A stretch of 64,000 nucleotides of DNA from NCBI GenBank assembly GCA_963708045.1, contig OY970181.1, forward strand, positions 971,042 through 1,035,041. Direction: 5' to 3'. The notes under the pieces were generated by a model. It saw only the letters and a program-made list of their open reading frames with translations. It ran no database searches and was not told the origin of the DNA. The position numbers and the translations under genes were made by a program. Below, piece after piece: positions 29,167 to 38,949 of the stretch. Numbering within the stretch: the first letter of the stretch is position 1; each line of letters begins with the position of its first letter. Origin of the DNA: an uncultured bacterium (GTDB lineage: Bacteria > Patescibacteriota > Patescibacteriia > CAIQCM01).

Positions 29167-30441
29167 TTATCTATGAAATTTATTCTTTCCACCAAAACGT
29201 CCGCTCGGGCGTTTTTGAAAATAGCCGCCCTGACGTTCATTTTGTGGACGCCCGCCACGAAATCCCGTTCCGTGAGACGGCGCCGGTTTGGCAAAAACAG
29301 CCGGTTTGCGCGCTGGTGGCAATTCCATGGCTTTTGAAACCGGAAGATTGGCGCGGATCAAACGTTCAATTTCCCTAACTTCATTGCGTTCATCGGGCGC
29401 GGCAAAACTAATCGCCCGACCTGAGTGTCCAGCACGACCAGTTCGGCCGATCCGGTGAACGTAATCTTCGGCGTTGTCCGGCAGATCATAATTAATGACC
29501 AGCTCAATTCCGGTTACGTCTATTCCGCGAGCGGCAATATCGGTTGCGACAAGTACGCGATATTTCCCACTTTTAAATCCATCCATTGCATCGCGACGCT
29601 GATTAAGCGAACGATTTGAATGAATTTCGGACGCGCGATGTCCCATACTACTCACATTGTGCGCAATTTTTTTAGCGCCATGTTTGGTTCGCGAAAAAAC
29701 CAAAACTGAACCATGATAATCCGCGAGCAATTTGTCTAGCAAGCGTGGTTTTTCTTCTTTGCTGACAAAGAAAATTTCTTGCTCAACGCCTTCGGCGGCA
29801 GTGCCAGCGCGCGCAACTTCTATCCTGACCGGAAGCTTCATGTGCTTTGAAGCCAAGCGAACAATGTCGTCGGGCATGGTCGCGGAAAAAAGCATTGTCT
29901 GACGTTCGCGCGGCACGGCCGTCAAAATTTTAGCGATCTGCGGAGCAAAGCCCATATCCAGCATTCTGTCGGCTTCGTCCAGCACTAAAATTTTTACGCC
30001 GCTCAAATTCATTGTCCCTTGATTAAGGTGATCAATAAGCCGCCCGGGAGTAACAATGATGATATGCGGATTTTTTCTGACGTGCTGAATCTGCACGTTC
30101 ATTGACGCGCCGCCGATTAAAACCGCGGTGCGCAAGCCAATGCCGCGTCCGATTTTATGAAGCGCTTCGTCAACCTGAATAGCGAGTTCGCGCGTCGGCA
30201 AAACAACAAGCCCTTGTCCTTTTATTTGCGCGAGCCGTTGAATCATCGGGATGCCGAAAGCAAGCGTTTTGCCCGTTCCGGTTTGTGCGATACCGATTAA
30301 ATCCGTTCCAGCGAGAGCGGTGGGAATAGATTTTTCCTGAATCGGCGTTGGGGTAGAAAATTTTAAACGATCAAGCGCGGCCAGTAAGCCCGGCGCGATT
30401 CCCAATCCGTCAAAACCACTTGTCTGTTTATTATTATTCAT
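29167..30441 (-). CDS. DEAD-box ATP-dependent RNA helicase
   Basis: Q motif, AQTGTGKT, DEAD (VLDEADRMLD), SAT and HRIGRTGRAG, with a Gly/Arg-rich tail. Confidence 0.9.
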   Translation of the reverse strand: MNNNKQTSGFDGLGIAPGLLAALDRLKFSTPTPIQEKSIPTALAGTDLIGIAQTGTGKTLAFGIPMIQRLAQIKGQGLVVLPTRELAIQVDEALHKIGRGIGLRTAVLIGGASMNVQIQHVRKNPHIIIVTPGRLIDHLNQGTMNLSGVKILVLDEADRMLDMGFAPQIAKILTAVPRERQTMLFSATMPDDIVRLASKHMKLPVRIEVARAGTAAEGVEQEIFFVSKEEKPRLLDKLLADYHGSVLVFSRTKHGAKKIAHNVSSMGHRASEIHSNRSLNQRRDAMDGFKSGKYRVLVATDIAARGIDVTGIELVINYDLPDNAEDYVHRIGRTGRAGHSGRAISFAAPDERNEVREIERLIRANLPVSKAMELPPARKPAVFAKPAPSHGTGFRGGRPQNERQGGYFQKRPSGRFGGKNKFHR

Positions 30442-30508
30442 AAATATTGATATATTGTTCCTTTTCGTTCAACGATTAATTTATTTAGATCTGAATGACA
30501 TTCGGTAG

Positions 30509-32017
30509 TTAATTTGTATTTGCCGCCGTAATTGACGGGCTTGCGACCGCTACCGACGGCAAGGCATTAGCCAAAGCCGCTGGTGTGGCAAAGAAGCCAG
30601 CCGCCAGCATATCATAAACGCGGCGAAATTTAACCACATAGGCGATGGTTTCGTTTCTAAGCGTACTCGTATTGACTTTATCGCGAAGCGCGAGCGCCGC
30701 GGCACGATCGGCGGTTGCCGTTTTCTTTTCCGCCTTAAGATCGGCAATTTTTTGTTTGGAAAGTCCACCGGCGGCCAACTGCTTGTCAATCTTGGCAATC
30801 CGCGCTTTAAGCGTGTTTGCCTTGGCCGTAAGTCCGGCATACGTACCATGCGACAGCGACCATTCCTCGCCCCACGCCTTGATTGCCTTTTTAACACGTC
30901 CTTCACCACCGTTATATCCGGCGGCTAAATATTCGGCAGCCGCGCCACGATCTTTTGTATAAAGATCTTTAACGCTTGCCGGAAGACTAGCCAAAATCAT
31001 ATCAAGATACGCCGCCTCTGCCTTAACGGCATTCTTGTGGTCAGCCATTCCCGTTACAAAATCAGCAATAAGTTCAAGATCTGGACGTTTCGTAACCATT
31101 AATTTATAAGTTGAGGGAATGAATTGAACCATTCCGCGGGCGCCAGCAACCGAAACCGCTCCGCCAAGTGCACCTTCTTTGTTTACGGCGAGCTTGACCA
31201 AGAAACGTCCGAGACTGTCTTCGGAATTATTTTCTTCAAAAATTTGACCGTCGGCGTGTTCAATAACGGCAATTGATTTAATAAGATACGGATCAACCAC
31301 TTCGGTTAATTTTTGATCGGGAAAAGCCCGCGACATAATCCCCTTTGCATCCAAATCATTAAAGGCGTCTTCTATAAGCGACGAAAGATAGTCCGAGCCA
31401 GTAGCTAATGTTTCTGGCGAATACAATTCTTTGGTGTAAGGAACATAATAGGAAAAGACCGGCGTAAATCGTTTTTTCTTTTTTATTGTGACCGCCACCA
31501 TATCAGCCTGCACTGTTCCCACAACAACCGTATTAGAATCTTCGTCACGATAAGCAGTCTGACTACCGGCCGTGGCAATAATCGGAACAACCGGGCCACC
31601 AAGGTCGGCCGTAAAATATTTTGCTCCGCGCGTGCCGCCATAAACCGTCACCGTGTCGGCATTTTTATCCCAGATCGCGAGCGCGGCCGCGGTTTGCGAT
31701 GTTTTGCTAGTAAGTGGCGCGATTCCTTTTTCTTTCTTTTTAAAATCAACAAGAACCGGTGCGAGCAATTCTTTACCTTTAGCAACCGCCTGAACAAGTG
31801 TCATCTTTTGCAAAAGCGGTTCTTCCGAAACCGGAAGCGGCGCATTTTCGGGAGGCAAAGCAACCGGCGCCGGCAAAGTAGCGTCGTCGGTAGTCGGCGA
31901 TGGTACGGTAACCGGACCAGTTGAAAGTGGCGCGTAAACCGGCTCAAAATAAGCCAAGGCCGAGCGGCCAAATAGCAAAAAACAAAGGCAAATAGCGAAT
32001 GCGAGGATTTGTCGCAT
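30509..32017 (-). CDS. secreted lytic transglycosylase-like protein (SLT domain)
   Basis: Signal peptide, a Pro/Ala-rich linker and an SLT-like block GMVQFIPSTYK. Confidence 0.5.
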   Translation of the reverse strand: MRQILAFAICLCFLLFGRSALAYFEPVYAPLSTGPVTVPSPTTDDATLPAPVALPPENAPLPVSEEPLLQKMTLVQAVAKGKELLAPVLVDFKKKEKGIAPLTSKTSQTAAALAIWDKNADTVTVYGGTRGAKYFTADLGGPVVPIIATAGSQTAYRDEDSNTVVVGTVQADMVAVTIKKKKRFTPVFSYYVPYTKELYSPETLATGSDYLSSLIEDAFNDLDAKGIMSRAFPDQKLTEVVDPYLIKSIAVIEHADGQIFEENNSEDSLGRFLVKLAVNKEGALGGAVSVAGARGMVQFIPSTYKLMVTKRPDLELIADFVTGMADHKNAVKAEAAYLDMILASLPASVKDLYTKDRGAAAEYLAAGYNGGEGRVKKAIKAWGEEWSLSHGTYAGLTAKANTLKARIAKIDKQLAAGGLSKQKIADLKAEKKTATADRAAALALRDKVNTSTLRNETIAYVVKFRRVYDMLAAGFFATPAALANALPSVAVASPSITAANTN

Positions 32018-32108
32018 AATTTCTTTTATTATAGCGCAAAGAGCGTATTTTTTCCAGCTTGTGCTAAGAAACGGCCGCGGTTAGCAAAAAACAATATCTT
32101 GTGTTGTT

Positions 32109-33245
32109 TTAAATTTTTCCATCTTTAATCCTTTGTCGGAAATTTTCAACTTGCGTATTCATCCAAAAAACATTGTGTTCGGAAACCATTCCGAGACCAG
32201 TTAGCTCGCGTGCTTTTATGAGATGACAAAGATACGAACGCGTATAGCCAGTACAAATGCGACAGGCACAATTTTTATCAAGCGGCTTCAACTGTTTTAA
32301 ATACATTATTTTATTAAGATCAATCTTGCCTTCGGACGTGAAAGCTGTGCCACGGCGGCCGTAATGAGTCGGGGCAATGCAATCAAAAGTGTCTACGCCC
32401 GCGGAAACGGTCGGCAAAATGTCGTCGGGGTGTCCGATTCCCAAAAGATGACGTGGTTTTTCCTCGGGCAATTCGGCAAACACCCACTTAAGCATTGTTG
32501 TCATTTCCGATTTTTCCGCGCCAAATTCGCCGCCAATACCAAAACCATCAAACGGCAAGCTACCGATAAACTTGGCGCTTTTTATGCGCAGATCTTTAAA
32601 GCGACTACCTTGAACAATGCCATAGAGCGCTTGATTGGTTTTTTTTGCTTCAAGACAAATCTTTGCCCAAGCATGAGTTTTTAAAAGTGACTTGGCAATA
32701 TATTCTTTGTTGGCCGAAGGCGGCGTGCATTCGTCAAAAGCCAAAATAATATCCGCGCCTAATTTTTCTTGAATGCGAATTGATTCCACCGGTCCCAAAA
32801 ATATTTTTCGGCCATCAACCGGCGACGTAAATTCCACGCCGCGATCAGTGATCTTCAGGTGTTGCGGCTGGGCGCCGGTTTTTACCGTCGGTTTTTCTTT
32901 TTTATTAGGAATCTTGGAAGTACCCTGATCATGGCCAAAACCCAAACTAAAAACTTGAAACCCGCCCGAGTCAGTCATAATCGGACGATTCCAATTCATA
33001 AACTTGTGCAATCCCCCAGCCTTAGCCACAATCTCCTCCCCCGGCCGCAAATGCAGGTGATAGGTATTTGAAATAATGAGCGGCGTCTTAACAGCCGCAA
33101 GATCTTCGGATGTAAACATCTTCGCATTGGCGAGCGTTGCCACCGTCACAAACGACGGCGTTTCAATTTCACCGTGCGGGGTTTTAAGAATACCAACCCG
33201 AGCTTGTGATTTTTTTGAACGTTTTACGACTTTAAAGTCAATCAT
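32109..33245 (-). CDS. tgt: queuine tRNA-ribosyltransferase
   Basis: Catalytic DSGGFQV, LLGIGHPDDI, and the zinc site CACRICTGYTRSYLCH. Confidence 0.9.
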   Translation of the reverse strand: MIDFKVVKRSKKSQARVGILKTPHGEIETPSFVTVATLANAKMFTSEDLAAVKTPLIISNTYHLHLRPGEEIVAKAGGLHKFMNWNRPIMTDSGGFQVFSLGFGHDQGTSKIPNKKEKPTVKTGAQPQHLKITDRGVEFTSPVDGRKIFLGPVESIRIQEKLGADIILAFDECTPPSANKEYIAKSLLKTHAWAKICLEAKKTNQALYGIVQGSRFKDLRIKSAKFIGSLPFDGFGIGGEFGAEKSEMTTMLKWVFAELPEEKPRHLLGIGHPDDILPTVSAGVDTFDCIAPTHYGRRGTAFTSEGKIDLNKIMYLKQLKPLDKNCACRICTGYTRSYLCHLIKARELTGLGMVSEHNVFWMNTQVENFRQRIKDGKI

Positions 33246-33346
33246 ATGAATAAAATAAGGCTACCAGATTATCAACTTTTAACAAAATGACACTATTTTC
33301 GTATGGTGGTACACTATTCATATAATTCACTAAATTTTTAATTAAT

Positions 33347-33598
33347 ATGATGCAGACAAACAGCAGATCGTGCAAGTGCCCACATCACAAGATGGGGCCC
33401 GTTTTAATCATTCTACTTGGATTACTTTGGTTGCTTTCCGCGCTTGACGTCATTTCTTTAAACATCGTTTCCATTACTTTACCGGTCATCATCATTGTGA
33501 TCGGATTGATGGTTCTTTTTCGGGGCGACTGCCCGCGCTGCAACCATGACGACGAAGGAAAGTGCTGCGACACAAAACCGAACGAAATAAACAAATAA
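33347..33598 (+). CDS. small Cys-rich membrane protein
   Basis: Two TM segments and CPRCNHDDEGKCC; followed by a strong terminator. Confidence 0.4.
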   Translation: MMQTNSRSCKCPHHKMGPVLIILLGLLWLLSALDVISLNIVSITLPVIIIVIGLMVLFRGDCPRCNHDDEGKCCDTKPNEINK

Positions 33599-33607
33599 TT
33601 GACCACC

Positions 33608-33640
33608 AAAACCCCTCCGATAATAATCGGAGGGGTTTTG
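33608..33640 (+). terminator. rho-independent (bidirectional) terminator
   Basis: aaaacccctccgat-aataa-tcggaggggtttt: a perfect 14-bp stem flanked by A/T runs. Confidence 0.6.
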
Positions 33641-33691
33641 TATATCTAGGCATTTGAAATATATTCAACTAGTCTATATTATAAGAACACT

Positions 33692-34180
33692 ATGACCGAA
33701 CAATACAAACGACCCTCTTGGGACGAATATTTTATGGAAATTACGCAAGCTGTTGCCAAACGCGCGACCTGCGATCGCGGCCGCACCGGCTGTATTATTG
33801 TCCGCAACAAGCAAATCCTCGCGACCGGTTATGTTGGCTCGCCAATGGGGCTACCACACTGCGACGAAGTCGGGCATCAAATGAAAAGCGTTACCCACGA
33901 AGATGGGCATACTAGCCAGCATTGTATGCGAACAGCCCACGCTGAGCTTAATGCCATCGCCCAGGCAGCCAAACTCGGCATTGCTCTGGACGGCGCGACG
34001 ATTTATTGCCGGTTAGCGCCTTGCCCCACCTGCACAAAGACCATCATTAACGTCGGCATTAAACGCGTCGTTAGCGAAAAACACTATCAACTTGGCGCCG
34101 AAAGCGAAGAAATGTTCAAACAGGCCGGCGTGGAAACAAGCTTTTTAAACAACGAAACCGAAAACTATGACAAACAATAA
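33692..34180 (+). CDS. dCMP deaminase (ComEB-like cytidine/deoxycytidylate deaminase)
   Basis: Zinc site HAELNAI...PCPTCTKTII. Confidence 0.8.
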   Translation: MTEQYKRPSWDEYFMEITQAVAKRATCDRGRTGCIIVRNKQILATGYVGSPMGLPHCDEVGHQMKSVTHEDGHTSQHCMRTAHAELNAIAQAAKLGIALDGATIYCRLAPCPTCTKTIINVGIKRVVSEKHYQLGAESEEMFKQAGVETSFLNNETENYDKQ

Positions 34181-34724
34181 AATCATCATCGGCATTGTTG
34201 GCGAAATTTGCGCTGGCAAGGGCGCGGCGGCGGCGTATCTTAAAGAAAAATACAACGGGGCGGTTTTTAAATTCTCCACGCCGATGCGCGAAGTTATGAG
34301 CCGGCTCTATGTAGAACAAACGCGCGAAAATCTTCAAAAATTTTCCTTGGCAATGCGCAGTACGTTTGGTGACGATCTTTTTACTAAAGTAATAGCCAAA
34401 GACGTCGCACGTTCGGATTTTTCATTTATTATCACCGACGGCATTCGCCGACCAAGCGATATTATTGAACTAAAAAAACTTCCCGGCTTTCATTTAATCA
34501 CGATTGTTGCTGACGAAAAAATTAGGTACGAACGCGTCAAAACCAGAAACGAAAACCTGAGCGACGCGACTAAGACCTGGAACGAATTCTTAAAAGACGC
34601 CGCCGGAGAAACCGAAATGACGATTCGTGTCATTGCCGCCAAAGCCGAATACACGATAAACAATAACGGCTCGCTTGAAGATCTTTACAAGGCGCTTGAT
34701 GAGGTTATTAATAAAATCAAATAA
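34167..34724 (+). CDS. P-loop nucleoside/nucleotide kinase
   Basis: Walker A GIVGEICAGKGAAAAYL. Overlaps and follows the dCMP deaminase gene, so it may be a dNMP kinase. Confidence 0.5.
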   Translation: MTNNKIIIGIVGEICAGKGAAAAYLKEKYNGAVFKFSTPMREVMSRLYVEQTRENLQKFSLAMRSTFGDDLFTKVIAKDVARSDFSFIITDGIRRPSDIIELKKLPGFHLITIVADEKIRYERVKTRNENLSDATKTWNEFLKDAAGETEMTIRVIAAKAEYTINNNGSLEDLYKALDEVINKIK

Positions 34725-34728
34725 ACTT

Positions 34729-35277
34729 TTAAACCCGATAAAACTTTTTAAACGCCTCTTTAAATTTTTCCACCTTCGGCGCGACAACGAGCGCGCAATA
34801 AGATTCATTGGGATTTTTTTCAAAATAATGCTGGTGATATTCTTCGGCGCGATAAAATTTTTGAAGCGGTTTGATTTCCGTCATGATCGGTTTTTTATAA
34901 ATTTTATCGCGTGACGCCGAGGCAATAAAATTTTCCGCGGCATTTTTTTGTGCCGCATTCGCATAAAAAATTGCCGAACGATACTGGGTTCCAACATCGT
35001 CCCCTTGGCGATTAAGCTCCGTCGGGTTATGAATATAGAAAAAAATTGACAACAAGTCTTCGTAAGAAATTTTTTCTGAGTCAAAATCAATTTTTACGGT
35101 TTCGGCGTGCCCCGTCGCGCCGCTTGACACTTCTTCGTAGGTTGGATTTTCTTTGTCTCCGCCAGCAAAACCAGATACCGAGGAAACCACCCCCTTAACT
35201 TGCAAAAATACCGCCTCCAAACACCAAAAACAACCACCGGCGAAATAAGCCGTTTCAATTTTATTATTTTGAAACAT
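34729..35277 (-). CDS. msrA: peptide methionine sulfoxide reductase MsrA
   Basis: Active site GGCFWC and HDPT. Confidence 0.9.
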   Translation of the reverse strand: MFQNNKIETAYFAGGCFWCLEAVFLQVKGVVSSVSGFAGGDKENPTYEEVSSGATGHAETVKIDFDSEKISYEDLLSIFFYIHNPTELNRQGDDVGTQYRSAIFYANAAQKNAAENFIASASRDKIYKKPIMTEIKPLQKFYRAEEYHQHYFEKNPNESYCALVVAPKVEKFKEAFKKFYRV

Positions 35278-35283
35278 AAAAAA

Positions 35284-35757
35284 TTAATTCAGCGCGACAA
35301 TCGTAAAATTTAAATACGTTGCGAACGATACCCAAAGAAGGTAGGGAAATAAAAGATACGCGGCCGGACGGGATATTTTCCAGAACTTTATTATTGTCCA
35401 AACGATTGCCAGCCAAAGAGCGATAATTATAAAAAACGCACCCACCGGGCTCAACAATCCGAAAAACGCTACCGACCACCAGATGTTTAAAATCAACTGA
35501 AGAGCAAAGGTGTTTAGTGCCACGAAAACGTTTTTATTTTTAAAACCTTTTTGCCAGATTAAAAATACCGCTACACCCATCAGTGCAAAAAGCGCCGTCC
35601 AAACTGGTCCAAAAACCCAACCTGGGGGGTTGAGCGGCGACTTCACAAGCCCGGCATACCAAACGGGAATACTCGGCATCGTAAAAATAGAACCAACTAC
35701 ACCCGCAAGTTCGCAAATAACAATAAACGCGATTGCGAGTAATATTTTTTTCTTCAT
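35284..35757 (-). CDS. TspO/MBR tryptophan-rich sensory protein
   Basis: Five TM segments and the block PPGWVFGPVWTALFALMG. Confidence 0.7.
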   Translation of the reverse strand: MKKKILLAIAFIVICELAGVVGSIFTMPSIPVWYAGLVKSPLNPPGWVFGPVWTALFALMGVAVFLIWQKGFKNKNVFVALNTFALQLILNIWWSVAFFGLLSPVGAFFIIIALWLAIVWTIIKFWKISRPAAYLLFPYLLWVSFATYLNFTIVALN

Positions 35758-35770
35758 ATCATTTTAGGTT

Positions 35771-36169
35771 TTAAATCAAAGACGATGAACAAAATCGGCA
35801 TCGTTTGGCATTCGCAGGAATTTCACTCAGACACTCTGGACAAGCTTTTGTTGCTGGCTGAGCATCCGGTTCTTTATGCATTTTGGAAATTAATGAGTTT
35901 ATCGGCAAAACAACCAAAAAGTATACCGACGCCGAAACAATGATGAGCGAAATAAACGCATTTAAAAAATCACCATACAAAAAACTACTGCCGTTCAAAG
36001 TAAATACAAGACCAGAAAAATCCGGCGCTTTAAAGATCGCCGCTATAAGTGGCGTGAGCAAATCCTTTACGAGCGCATTAACAAAACTACTAAACGCCAC
36101 CCCAACAACAACACCAACGGCCAAATCAACAACGTTACCGCGCAAAATAAATTTTTTAAAGCCATTCAT
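35771..36169 (-). CDS. mscL: large-conductance mechanosensitive channel MscL with a C-terminal zinc-ribbon extension
   Basis: N-terminus FKKFILRGNVVDLAVGVVVGVAFSSFVNALVKDLLTPLI. The C-terminus is CPECLSEIPANAKRCRFCSS. Confidence 0.8.
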   Translation of the reverse strand: MNGFKKFILRGNVVDLAVGVVVGVAFSSFVNALVKDLLTPLIAAIFKAPDFSGLVFTLNGSSFLYGDFLNAFISLIIVSASVYFLVVLPINSLISKMHKEPDAQPATKACPECLSEIPANAKRCRFCSSSLI

Positions 36170-36216
36170 ACCCCTCTCGTTACCGACTAAAAATTTACCG
36201 TGATCAAATATTGAAT

Positions 36217-36603
36217 TTATCTATAATTGATCGCCTTCCAAACATGCTCAACGATCTGGTCAAGGGTGGTATCGGCTTTGACATAATAATTTGTCACACC
36301 TAATTCAAACACCCGGGAAACATCTTCGGCTTGGTTTAAATTTGTGGCAACCACGACTGGGGTCGTATCGCCGCGCTTTTGCAACTCAGCCAGCACACCA
36401 AAACCGTCAACCTTCGGCATCATTAGATCTAAAATTATCAAATCGTATTTTTCTTTAGACAGAACATCAAGAGCTTCTTCGCCGTTAAAAGCGTTGTTAA
36501 CTTCAAAACCAGACAATCGTAATTTCATTGCCAAAGGCTTGGCAATCATTTCCTCGTCCTCAACGACAAGAATTCTTTTAGGGGCAGCTGTTTGTTCGGG
36601 CAT
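36217..36603 (-). CDS. single-domain response regulator (receiver only)
   Basis: ILVVEDEE...D(54-like) in DLIILDLMMPKVDG...K. Confidence 0.75.
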   Translation of the reverse strand: MPEQTAAPKRILVVEDEEMIAKPLAMKLRLSGFEVNNAFNGEEALDVLSKEKYDLIILDLMMPKVDGFGVLAELQKRGDTTPVVVATNLNQAEDVSRVFELGVTNYYVKADTTLDQIVEHVWKAINYR

Positions 36604-36701
36604 ATATTTGGTTATGATTTTAAGAAAAATCTCGTTGAATAATCTTCTTTGCAGTATGGTAACACATTTCTCCCCTCAGGAGAAAGATACGCTATCAACG
36701 T

Positions 36702-37133
36702 TTACTTTTTTGAGTATTTGGCCAAGATTTTACCAATTCTTTCTGTAATTTCATCAAGATGCAAATTAGCCTTAACCCAGTAATCCTCAGCACCAAGTTC
36801 CTTGCATTTTTCAACATCCTCAGGACGGTCGCCTAAATTGGTAAGGATCACGATGGGAAGATTAAGGTATTTAGGATTAGCCTTAACAATTTTGAGCATA
36901 TCCAAACCGCTCATTTTCGGCATCATTACGTCCAAAAGGACAATATCAGGCCGACTCTTTTTTAGGGCAGACAACCCCTCTTTGCCATTAAAACCAATAT
37001 CAAGTTTGTAGCCGGATTTTTCAAACTTTTTTTTATACATTTTAACAACCATTTGATCATCCTCAACCAACAAAATTTTTTTTTGATCAATCCGCTTGTT
37101 TAATTTTCTTTTTACGATTTTACTTTTTAACAT
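36702..37133 (-). CDS. single-domain response regulator (receiver only), paralog of 40447-40869
   Basis: LLVEDDQMVVKMY...IVLLDVMMPKMSGLDML; about 60% identical to the 40447 product. Confidence 0.75.
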   Translation of the reverse strand: MLKSKIVKRKLNKRIDQKKILLVEDDQMVVKMYKKKFEKSGYKLDIGFNGKEGLSALKKSRPDIVLLDVMMPKMSGLDMLKIVKANPKYLNLPIVILTNLGDRPEDVEKCKELGAEDYWVKANLHLDEITERIGKILAKYSKK

Positions 37134-37142
37134 GCTAGTATT

Positions 37143-38933
37143 TTAATTTTTTGGAAACGTCGCGTTAAATACCGTTCCTTCGCCCTCTTTTGATTCAAAC
37201 CAGATCCGGCCGCCGCCTTGTTCAACGACAGCTTTGGCAATATAAAGTCCAAGACCACTGCCACCACCAGGATCTAGTTTGGTAGAGTTTGAACCACGCG
37301 AAAAACGCTCAAACATCTTTGGCTGGTCGCTTTTCGGAATACCAATGCCATTATCTTTAACTGTGAAGATTAAGAATTTATCGTCGTTGTTTTTAACCTC
37401 AACCATTACTTTTCCTTTATCCCCCACCGAACTGTATTTTATCGCGTTATCAATAAGATTTTGCAAAACCTGTTTTATCTTCTGGCGGCTTATTTTAACC
37501 ATTGCTAAGGGCTTTTCCGGTGGCGTAAAAAGCAAGGTTACATTTTTTTCTTTAGCAAAAGGAATATTCTCGTTAACAACGTCGGACACCAAACTTTCTA
37601 ATTGAACCGGCTCGGTCGGATAAACCAGCTTGCCCTCGCCAATTTTTGCCGCATCCATAAGGTCGTTAATGAGGTGGATCATTCGCTCATTGCCCATATA
37701 AGTGTCATCAAGCAATTCCTTTTGCTCTTTGGAGATTTTTCCAACATCACCGCCCAAGACCATTTCAAGATTACCTTTAACAATCGTTGCTGGTGTGCGC
37801 AGCTGGTGCGAGGTGATGGAAACGATTTCGGTGCGCATTTTATCAAGTTTCTTTTGTTCGGTAATGTCTTCCATAACGACGACGGCGCCAATGAAGATTT
37901 TCTCAACAATATCACGTACTGGCGACATAAAGAGACGATAATAATTCTCACCAATCATCACTTCTTGGATATTGAGCGGTTTGCCGCTATGGACGTAGTA
38001 GCTTAGCGCTTGAGAAATATTAACGCTGCCCTTGATCTTTTCCGAGAGATCGCTAAAAGAAATATTCTTGGCGCGCGGCTTGCCAAAAATCGTCCGCGCC
38101 GCGGAGTTGGCTAAAATAACCGAAAGACGCAAGTCCACCATGACCACGCCGAGCTTAACGCTTTCAACGAGCGAAGAAAGCTTGCCGTGTTCGGCGGATA
38201 ATTCTTTCATTTTTGCTTCTATCGTCTTCCGCGAATCAAGAATTTTTTTCGTCATTTGGTTAAAACTAAGCGCAAGTTGCCCGATCTCGTCATTTGACGT
38301 GATTTCAATTTCCCTATCGTAATTTCCTTTTTGAATTTCTATTGTGGCCTGCTTTAATTTATAGATATTATTAACCACGACCTTACCCAAAAGCCAATAA
38401 ATAAGCGCGAAGCAGGTTACCATTCCGATAAGCATCAACAAAAGAATAAAAAGTCCATATTCAACAACGCGCGACGTTGAATCAACATTTGATAAAACCT
38501 GATGAAGAACCGCAACCACTTTACCGTTAACAACAAGCGGCGTGATTATTGAGGTGGCAGGTTTGTTATTCATTTGTACGACTTTGACCGTTTCAACACC
38601 ACGGAAAGCCTCGTCAACTTCGGATCTCTCATTATTGGCAATAAGCGGCGCCGGCGAATTTTCCGAAGAATAAACCACCGAGTAATCGCTACGCAGTATT
38701 TCAGCAAGAATTACTTCTTCACCAAGAAAAGACTTAAGTTTTTGTTTGTCCTGAACGGCGTCAAAACTCAAGTCGCCGCTTTCCAAAAGCGCCCGATAAG
38801 AATTCATTCGGCTCAAAAGCAAATTCCTCTCCGAATCATATTTGTTAGAGATCGCAAGCGCGCTGATTGACGACAAGACGAGCAAAATCGGCAACAGTGT
38901 AAGGAGTAAAATTTTAAATTTAAGTCCACTCAT
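37143..38933 (-). CDS. sensor histidine kinase (2 TM, HAMP, PAS-like, HisKA, HATPase_c)
   Basis: H-box ITSHQLRTPAT, N-box NLIDNAIKYS, and G-boxes DNGIGIP and GGSGLGL. Confidence 0.85.
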   Translation of the reverse strand: MSGLKFKILLLTLLPILLVLSSISALAISNKYDSERNLLLSRMNSYRALLESGDLSFDAVQDKQKLKSFLGEEVILAEILRSDYSVVYSSENSPAPLIANNERSEVDEAFRGVETVKVVQMNNKPATSIITPLVVNGKVVAVLHQVLSNVDSTSRVVEYGLFILLLMLIGMVTCFALIYWLLGKVVVNNIYKLKQATIEIQKGNYDREIEITSNDEIGQLALSFNQMTKKILDSRKTIEAKMKELSAEHGKLSSLVESVKLGVVMVDLRLSVILANSAARTIFGKPRAKNISFSDLSEKIKGSVNISQALSYYVHSGKPLNIQEVMIGENYYRLFMSPVRDIVEKIFIGAVVVMEDITEQKKLDKMRTEIVSITSHQLRTPATIVKGNLEMVLGGDVGKISKEQKELLDDTYMGNERMIHLINDLMDAAKIGEGKLVYPTEPVQLESLVSDVVNENIPFAKEKNVTLLFTPPEKPLAMVKISRQKIKQVLQNLIDNAIKYSSVGDKGKVMVEVKNNDDKFLIFTVKDNGIGIPKSDQPKMFERFSRGSNSTKLDPGGGSGLGLYIAKAVVEQGGGRIWFESKEGEGTVFNATFPKN

Positions 38934-38949
38934 TTTAGTATAAATTAAT

